Source: Felis catus
Taxonomy: Eukaryota
NCBI RefSeq assembly: GCF_018350175.1
Contig: NC_058369.1
Coordinates: 23,500,001 to 23,560,000, forward strand
Direction: 5' to 3'
DNA: 60,000 nt
This document shows positions 51,147 to 60,000 of the stretch, piece after piece (the stretch's first letter is position 1; the number at the start of each line of letters is the position of its first letter). The position numbers and the translations under genes are program-made. A model generated the notes under the pieces. The model made no database searches. It saw only the letters and a list, made by a program, of their open reading frames with translations, and had not been told where the DNA came from.

Positions 51147-53909
51147 CCACTCTGGCTTTCTAAACTCCACTGCTGTTAATATGTAAATGAAACTTTGTCA
51201 CAAATCATCTGTGTTTGTACAGTAGAGTCCTATCTCAAACTGAGTTAGCACTTGTTGATGTCCAATAAAATAAAAATTTCAAATGTCATTAAGGGCCCAC
51301 TACACCCAAGGTATTGTACTCTATGCTCAAGAAACAAAGAAACTTACAAAGACATACAATATCTGTTTCCTGCTCTCTATGTGCCTTCGGTTGGAAAGAT
51401 GAAAATTATAAACAAGGGGGGAAAAGCCCTATCTTCCAAAATAAAATGTAACAACGATGTAATTCAAGAGAAATGTTTTAGAAAGTTCATAGCCACTAGA
51501 GTAGTACAATAAGACTGTAATACATATTCCCCATCTCCTTTCTTCAAACAAAACACAATCACCCCAGGTGGAAAGATATGGCAGCAGGGTCTTCAGCTTC
51601 CAATTTTTGGGTAAAGTCTGGTTTAGAGAAGGTGGCCTCAAATTTTGGATTCTCCAAATGTGGTTTTGTTGTGGAAAATGTGCCTTTCGCATCTCGTGTT
51701 TACTTGTCTGTCTACTAGATGCCATTCACTGGGTATACCTTCTGTGCGCCACAGAGATGGCCTTGCTTTCCTGTAGTTTCCAGGGGGTATATTTCATGAA
51801 CGGGCCTCGATTTGGGCTCTAGTTGACTTTGTTTTCTATTTCCCTGATCTTTCTTATTCATGTTTTTGTCTTATTCATGTCCCCCCCCTCCCCCCCAGCA
51901 TCGTATGTTTTTTTTTTTTTTTGTAAGATGCCATAAATTCCTAACACAAAACTGCATATAAACAACAAAGGGATGTTTCTAGTTAATCGCGTGCCAGTAT
52001 TTCTTGCCTTGTATTTGATTAGCTACTTGAGGACAGGGGTTCTGTCTCCCTCATTAGAATATGGTATTTATTTTTGCATTTGTCTTAATACTCAGCATGG
52101 TATGCAATATATGCCTCAACAAATTGTTTGTATATATAATTTATCCCACTGAAATAGTTTTGTTGAGCATTGTCCTTGATTGAAACAACAGTTCTCCCTC
52201 AGTTCTGCAATCACGCAGGCAAGAGGTGCTGAAATATCCAAAATAAAGCATTTGCACAGGAAATACCAGGCTTAAGAAGATCTGCCATATCGTGAATAGA
52301 TAAGATCACCCAAACTAGCTAGCTTAACTTTTTAGGAACAAACAGATGGTCAATAGTTCATTATAATCACTGAGAACCAAGATGAAAATGGTCTCACTCA
52401 AAAAGGAATTTTACAGCCTCTAGCTGAAGTTTAGGATCAAGCTGAATAAAACTGGGCTGTTGAAGAAGGAAACTGGATGATTATATCTTGCCCAGTCTCC
52501 ACTGGACACCCAAAGGGAAGAATTAGGAAAGAAAAGCTTTGGCTTTGCTTTGGGAATGGTCCTTCCCTGGTTTGACTTTGTAGAAAAAGCTAATTAAGCA
52601 ATGCCAGATGAAAAACGCAGGCGGCTGACCCAAGATTTGATCAACATAGCATTTACTCAGTTTAATTCAGTGAGCATTTCCCTGTGTGTTCTGTGCAAGA
52701 CACTGCCCCAGGCAAGATAGGAATGTGAGGGAGATAGAAGAATGTGGGGGAGGCAGAAATGAACAAACACGCAAAAGACACAAAATCTGGCCCCAGAAAT
52801 TGGGGAGGAGCTCATGGAGAAGGCATTGGAGGAGGGGTGAGTCAGAGAGCCCGAAATGGAAGGATGGGTATTATTCCAGGAGGAGGAAACCTTCAGCACA
52901 AGGGCATGGTGATGGAAACTGTGCTGTGTAGTTGGAAAGGCGGGTTGGATGGCTAGACAATTGGGGAGATGGCAAATTACCAAAATATCAAAATATTTGG
53001 AGATATGTGGTGACTCAATTACATGCTCCGGTTCCACATAGATGTTTGGAGTCCTAAACAGCCAGATACTGGCCAGGGAAATTTATCTCATGCATGTTGT
53101 ATGGGTAGTGGGAGGACCATAGGGAAATCCATCCTTTCTCACTCCCTTCCCCCACTCCCAGCTAAGCCAGGACTATTTCTACAGGGAATCTCAGAACTAA
53201 TACTAGTATCTCATTCATAGAGCTGAGTGGTTCTTTTTGTCCTATGTCAAAGATTTCACTTTATTAATATTAGCACTTCAGATCAAGATGATCTTTTCAA
53301 AGCATAGTTTCTACTGGATGAGTGGTTCTTAAGGTACATTCAGTGAAGTCCCAAGTTTCCTTTGGAAACACCTCCAGGTTTCCCAGAACGGAGAAAGAAA
53401 TATATCAAAATGAGGAGGAAACAGGAGCAGACACTCACCCCATTTCAAAGACAGCAGATCTGCGTTAGTCTATTTTATACATGAGCCCCCTGCCTGCAAC
53501 TTTATTTGGAAAAAAAAGGGGGGATTCCATATCACCAAAAAAAAAACAACAGCAACAAAATGCTTTCATAACCTAACATTCAGAAAACACAGCAAAGCTA
53601 TGGGAGTGGGAGGGACATGAAGGGCAAGTGTAAGAAGGAGGGATGTAGACATCAAGACATCAATATTAACGACTGGGGTCTCAAATCCATACTTAAGTGT
53701 AACTTGGAATTTTATGACTTTTACCTTCCTGGAAAAAAAAAAAAAAGAATCCACTGCATGGATTCTCTTGGCTTGGGCAAGCCATAAACAGGCAAACTTC
53801 AGTAATAATACCTATACTTTTTGAGAACTTACTCCATGGCAGGCACTGTGCTAAGCATTTGTATGTCTATTTACAGCAAATCTTTACAACGAATCAAAAG
53901 GTCATCATT

Positions 53910-54099
53910 GGGTGGTTCAGTCGGTTGAGCGTCTGACTTTTGATTTCAGCTCAGGTCATGATCCCAGGATCCTGGGATTGAGCCCCACATTGGGCTCCAT
54001 GCTGAGTGTGGAGCCTGCTTGAGATTCTCTCTCTCTCCCTCTGTCCCTCTCCCCAGCTCACACACTCTCTCTCTCACTCCTCTCTCAAAATTAAAAAAA
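53910..54099 (+). mobile_element. Can-SINE (older subfamily)
   Basis: TSD-like aaaaggtYRtcatt flanks. Confidence 0.88.
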
Positions 54100-56312
54100 G
54101 GTTGTCATTATTTTAAACTATATTTCTTTTAAATAAGGGGACAAGGTTCAGAAAGTTATGTAACATTCAGCAAATCACAGTTAATAATAATTAATAAATG
54201 GGGTAATTCATAACAATAGGAACAGCCGATAGACACTATACAAGATGTTTCTACCTCCTCCAAGTCCAATTTCAAGGGCAAACACTGCCTATGGGACCCA
54301 ATGGTTATATTGGAAAATTCCACAGGAAGAAATTCATCCATCTGCCACAGCTCCTGCAATCTTTGGATCTTTAACTTTATGACTCTTCCTTATCTCTTGT
54401 CTCTTTTCCCTCATGAACTACAATATAGTTTTTTAAGCAATGAGATCGGTGAGATATACCAAATGTTTACATGCAAAGTATGTGATTTATGGGCTTGTAA
54501 TTATATCCTATCAAAATTTTTATCAAACTATTACCAAAATTTTCTCTTACCTTATGACAGTAGCCCTCAAAGCTTCAGAAAAATATATTAAATTTTTATC
54601 TTAAAAAAAGATTTCTATTACCAAATATTGTATTCCAGATTGTTGCGGGCTAGTGTCTCACAAGTTCTTTCCTACCCCTAATGTCTCAGCCTCAATAACT
54701 CATTGTTAAAATAAAAACAGGCCCGTCTTAAAGAGTGGTGTCACAATTTCAAATAATGGCCATAAAATGTCTCCTCTAGGCCTGGTCCACAATAGGTATC
54801 TTGTGCTATAATGTTGGTAATAATTGTAACGTATGTGTATTTCTCCACTACTTGATTATAAAGTCCCGAATGGAGTAGCTGTCCTGTTTCGTTTATAGTT
54901 ACTTCACTGCATTGAGTTTGATAGTTTGTGGGTGCTGTAAGCTCGACAATTTAAGTCCACAGTGCTTGCTTTACTGAGGACTGGGAAAGAGGAGGCATGG
55001 GGCTTGGCTGGGGCAGGCATCTTGTAATTCCAAGAAGTGGTAGCCAAAGGAAAGCAGAGAGAAGGTGAAGCAAAAGAGAGGGAGGGAGGGAAGGAAGGAC
55101 AAGCATGCAAGAAGCTAAAAGGAAGAACGGAGCAAATGGGGGTGTTCGCTCTTTACCGTCAATGGCAAAATGCCTCCTCATCTGAATGGTTTCTGCGCTT
55201 CATGACCAGGGGAGTCTTCCCTGCTCTCATCCCTTGAGCCTCCCACTCAGATCCTTTGCCGGGAACTCTTTTCCACCCTTGCTGCCCCACGCTGAGCTGA
55301 GCTCCCCTCCTGTGCATTCTGCATTTGGCCATGCTTTCCTCTGCCCTGGCCCGGATCTGTGAATGCTGGCCACGTGGCAGAAGCCCCATTAGTGTTTGCC
55401 GAACTGGACTGCTAGAAGGTTCTGCACCTCTCACAGATCCAGGGTGTAAACAAAAGAGTCTACACGTCCTGGGGACGACCTCGCATCCTCCAAGTTGTAG
55501 GCAGCTAACACACAAGCCAACCTGTTGAAAAAAAGTCTTGGTGACATCTCTGTCATTGCTCAGAGTGGCCACAAGTGAATGTTAACAAAAGCCTTCTTTT
55601 GTTAGCCATATGTGAAGTGGTTTAGTCAGAGCAGAATTAAAGCACACATCCCAGAGGCGGTGGTGGAGAGCACTAAGCCCCCTTATGAAAGTCACCTTCT
55701 AGCTCCAGGGGCCCTCATCCAACTGGTCTGCTAGGCCAAGAACTCTCTGCAAGTTGGCAAGAGCAAAGCCTCAGTAGCCTGGAGCTAGTGTGATAGAATC
55801 CCTGGGTGGTAAGAGCATGTCAAAAGGCAGCAAAGAGGGTGAGGAGAGTAGCTGAGCACTGTCAGCTGGTGAAGCCACCAGGCTCCTTACACCTTGAACC
55901 TGGAGCCCTCCCACACTGTCTGCCTTACATCCACCCCCCCCACCCCCACCCCCGGTAGCGACCAATCAGATTATGGCCCCCTTCTGATTGCACCAATCTC
56001 AAGTGCTTTGCGTTGTAAAGACCTAGGCTTGCCAGCAAGGCTTGGCAACAGCTAAACAGTTAGTAGCCTTAGGGCAGGGGACTTAAAGAACTTGGCCTAC
56101 ACCTGCTTTGTACGTGGAGAGGGAGCTTATGATCCAGGGCCTGCAAGTCAGATAGCACAGATACAGAGACGTAGTTCAAAGATCCAGCAGTCACTAAAGG
56201 CTGGAAATGAGTACAAAGGGTCTTTGAGCTGATAATTGTCAAGTTCTCTTTCAGAGAAAAGCCTTTAGGAATAACGTCCCTAGAGTTGCCTTTTATATTG
56301 TAAATCTGTGCA

Positions 56313-56518
56313 GAGTAGGTTTTCTTAAACTACCTGATGGAGCTCTGTCACGGGGGCGTCTCGTGCATTGTAGGATGTTTGGCAGCATCCCCAGCTTTTA
56401 CCCACTAGATGCCAGTAGCATCACCCTCCTCCTCCCAGTGGTGACAATCAAGGATGTCTCCAGACAGCACTAAATGTTCCCTGGGGCGCAAAAAGTGTCC
56501 TCAGTTGAAAACCACTAG
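56313..56518. mobile_element. MER20 hAT-Charlie MITE
   Basis: gtgcattgtaggatgtttggcagcatccc...cccactagatgccagtagca...gttgaaaaccact. Confidence 0.9.
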
Positions 56519-58407
56519 TCTAGACAGTGGTAACTCTCATGTCCAGCTACAAAATGAAACCTAGTGTTGAAAGCTCCCTCAAAATACAGCCCGAGCAACC
56601 CTGATGATACCCCCATCTGGCTGTTTTTTCAAGACTCCAAGTTGGTTGTATTTCTCCCTAAGCCTCGTGCCAGTTCACCAAATCATTCTAAACTAGCCAA
56701 ACTCACTGAATGCAACAGACCCAATATCTCCCTGGAGGAAATGTTGACATGAGAATGGCTTCTTCAGGGTCACTCATTAAACCAACAGATTTTTATCAAA
56801 CCATATGTCAGGTTATAGAGTTTTGGAAAGATTCATATGAAGCTACTTACGAAATAAAGTCCCTTTCCTGTCTCAAAGGAAAGAAAACCATAACAATGCT
56901 TTGAAATTACCAACAAATCAGCTCTTCTGTACTGATTCTGGATAATTTGGTCACTTACTATCCTTAGGCTCAATCACCCTTCTGCCCTTTTGGGGCTGTA
57001 CCTTCTCATCTCTGTGTTAATAGGAACTCAACATGAAACTCTGCAGTGATCACAATGGACAGCCTTTCTCCAGATAGTGCGGTCCAGAAATCTGGAAGCA
57101 AGGGCGAACTGTTGATTGAATGCCTACTCTTTGCCAGACACTCTTCCATGCATTACACATACAGTAGCAACAACTTTGACCAAAACTTAGCAACCTCACA
57201 GATGAGGAAACCATAAATGTAATCATGAGAAATATGAGAAAAATACATGCGAAACGAGACTGCCACCTGGCATGACAAAGGAGGGATCTAACTAGTCAAG
57301 AGAGGACCGCAGACTAAATACTTAGAGTGCACACCTACAGTTGAGGCTGACAGTGTAGGTCAAGACTCTGGGAAGTGGCCCTTCGCCCCTGAAAGTCCTC
57401 TCTCCTCTGAATCACCCCAGCTCCTTAAATGTAAGCCTGCTGTGGTCTTTACACATGCTGCCTTACCTTATCAAGACCTCTCTCTCCGTTTTTCTTCCCC
57501 ATCAGTCAAGGGCAGGCCCTTGCTGACCCATCGGGCATTTGGTACCAGAGCTGGGCTCTGACTGACGCTCCTGTTTATGGCATTCATTGTGATTTCCCCA
57601 CCCAGGATGTTTGACTTGTGGCTCAGCTGCTACCCTGACTGGGGCTAGTTTTTCAGCCCTCTCCTCAAGTTAGTAAACCAGTGCCCCGGGGAGAAATACC
57701 CCAGAACACACCGGCTTGATCATTATTTCTTAGTTCAGGGACGGTAATACTCCCAATAAGTGTTTCATCACAACACGCTCTTCAAGCGCAGAGTCTGTTT
57801 GTGTGACTGGGAATCAGAGGCTCCTCACAAAGTCCTCAAGAGAAGGATGATAAATAAAGTGACGGACAGAAGACAGAATGCTCACACCTGGCCCAGGCCC
57901 TGGTCCGGTTAATATCCTGCCTCGTCTTTCACACCATGCTCTGTACTCCCTGCAGAGATATGAAACAGCATATGAGGGAAAACGCTGTGGGTCAAATAAA
58001 ACAGCATGGATAAAAGGGCCTCCTGTGTGTAGACCCATTCTTCTCTGGGCCTCGGCCATAAATCCAAGCAATAGCACCTGCATCTTTCCAATGCAAAAGG
58101 AAGTTGTGCGGGTCATGAATAAACTTAAGAGTTTTGACCTCAAGAGGCACTTGCTACTTGTATTATTGTCTTACTTACACAGTCAACAGTTTTTTTCAGT
58201 AGAAGCTATTTTAGGGGCATAGAGCTCAGTGGGCACTAAGGAGGACACACGAATTAACAATACCTTGACCCTGCTCTTGAACGGCTTGCAGTGAAGCTAC
58301 TCAGAGTGGGGCTCCATGGACTGTGCTTGGCCTATGGGTTGTTTGTGACCCTCCATGATGAATAAGAAAGAAAAAATGAGAGGAAGCATTTAGAAACTTG
58401 TGCCCAA

Positions 58408-58630
58408 GGGTGCCTGGGTGGCTCAGTTTGTTGGGTGTCTGACTCTTGATTTCAGCTCAGGTCATGATCTCACAGTTCACGGGATCAAGCCCCACATTGG
58501 GCTCTGTGTTGATAGTGTGGAGCCTGTTTGGGATTCTCTCCCTTTGTCTCTGCCCCTCCCCTGCTCATGCTCTCTCCCTCTCTCTCTTCCTCTCTCTCTC
58601 CCTCTCAAAAACAATAAACTTGAAAAAAAG
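58408..58630 (+). mobile_element. Can-SINE
   Basis: Consensus head, CT tract and tail. Confidence 0.9.
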
Positions 58631-59781
58631 AAAGTTGTATAGCAAATAATGTGATAGTTGTTGAATAATAGCAAAAATTCAAGTTTTCATTTTATGTCTT
58701 ATTCTTCATTCATTTCTACAAATGCAATACTTACTGTATTTTATAAAGGTAAGGGTCCTCAGTGTTTTATAGCTAAGAAACAACTTGTCCTTAACCATCG
58801 ACAGTTTGAGCAACACCGGTCAAATATACACGTGATTAAAATACAAGGCAGATAAAAACAAACATGCTGAAAACCTGAAGTAGTTCAACGTTACACAGGA
58901 GGGGAGGAAAATTCTGGAAAACGTGGGTGCAAAGGTACAGGAAGCCTAGAAATGATGCAACTTCACTTTCCAAGTGGAACAAAGATTAATCAAAAGAAAT
59001 AAATGTAACAAAGACATTATTATTGACACTAATAGTAGAAATGGTCCCAATGTGACAGTTTAAATATCCAGAAATATCACTTAGGTATGAAACTATTGGC
59101 ACCACATGCAAAGAAGATTCTGGAAATCATACTGTTTCCTTCTGGAAGGAATGAACAGATTTGGTTGAAAACAAGCCAAGGAATCTCAGAAAATATCCAC
59201 CAATGTCTCAGAGTAGAGAAGGCTTGGTACTGGGGACAGTGGGAGACCCTGTGAGAGTAAACTCCTCAATGTGCCCTCTAGGGTCACCTTTCTTCAGCCC
59301 GTAAACAATATGCTGAGGTCACAGGGGCGGAGTTGGAGGAGTAGGTAAACTCAGTAAACGCCTCTCTAGCCTGGCACGGCAGAAGCCAAGTAAGTAACAA
59401 TGTTGCAACAGCAAGTGTTTTAACCAATGCCTGGCAGCAAAAGAGTCCTATTAAAAGGAGGAAAATGCTTGTAACCACACCAAATCAGATGCTGGCTAGC
59501 TGCAGGGTTTCTCTGAAACTCTGACTCTATACAGGAGCCTGCTCACACCACAGATGGGAAAAACTGAAATCTGAATGATACCCAGTCCTTGGGATGGAAA
59601 CCAATCAAGAAGCGAGGTGGTTTCTGGTGCAGGCATTTGAACAAAATGGGAGGTTAATCACACCGAGGCGAAGTTACCAACTGCAGTGGCTGCCTTGCTT
59701 GAGAAATTGAAGGAATAACAACATCCGACCCAAATCGCACGTGGTACAAGAGTTGCGACCCACTTTTAAAAACTGAATGGG

Positions 59782-60000
59782 GGGGCGCCTGGGTGGCTTG
59801 GTCGGTTAAGCGGCCGACTTCGGCTCAGGTCACGATCTCACGGCCCGTGAGTTCGAGCCCCGCATCGGGCTCTGTGCTGACAGCTCAGAGCCTGGAGCCT
59901 GTTTCAGATTCTGTGTCTCCCTCTCTCTCTGCTCCTCCCCTGTTCATGCTCTGTCTCGCTCTGTCTCAAAAATAAATAAACATTAAAAAAAATTTAAAAA
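59782..60000 (+). mobile_element. Can-SINE (SINEC_Fc family)
   Basis: Near-consensus and CpG-rich; the tail runs to the window end. Confidence 0.95.

Noticed and set aside
56402..56415. CTCF-like motif CCACTAGATGCCAG
   Set aside because: Part of the ordinary MER20 consensus; no locus-specific evidence of function.

Overview
Mammalian genomic DNA from a felid (cat-like): it carries about 20 carnivore tRNA-derived SINEs, including young SINEC_Fc copies with perfect target-site duplications (TSDs), and a young 5'-truncated feline L1. Older repeats include L1M, L2, MIR, hAT-Charlie (MER3/33, MER5A, MER20, MER58A) and ERVL/MaLR LTR remnants. No intact host protein-coding gene, RNA gene or CRISPR array was found; the only long ORF is L1 ORF2. 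Manual reading of the minus strand found what the ORF track misses: a series of AG/GT-bounded segments at ~28,770 to ~17,100. Allowing for frameshifts and stops, they read as signal peptide, leucine-rich repeats, an LRR C-terminal cap and a transmembrane-like segment. This looks like a decayed, intron-containing (unitary) pseudogene of an LRR type-I membrane protein with LRRC66-like architecture. Further exon-like segments continue on the same strand from ~16,280 to the window start. Between 32.9 and 35.5 kb lies repeat-poor sequence with a perfect RFX X-box and dense homeodomain-type motifs, suggesting regulatory DNA. All family assignments are by eye and have not been checked against databases.
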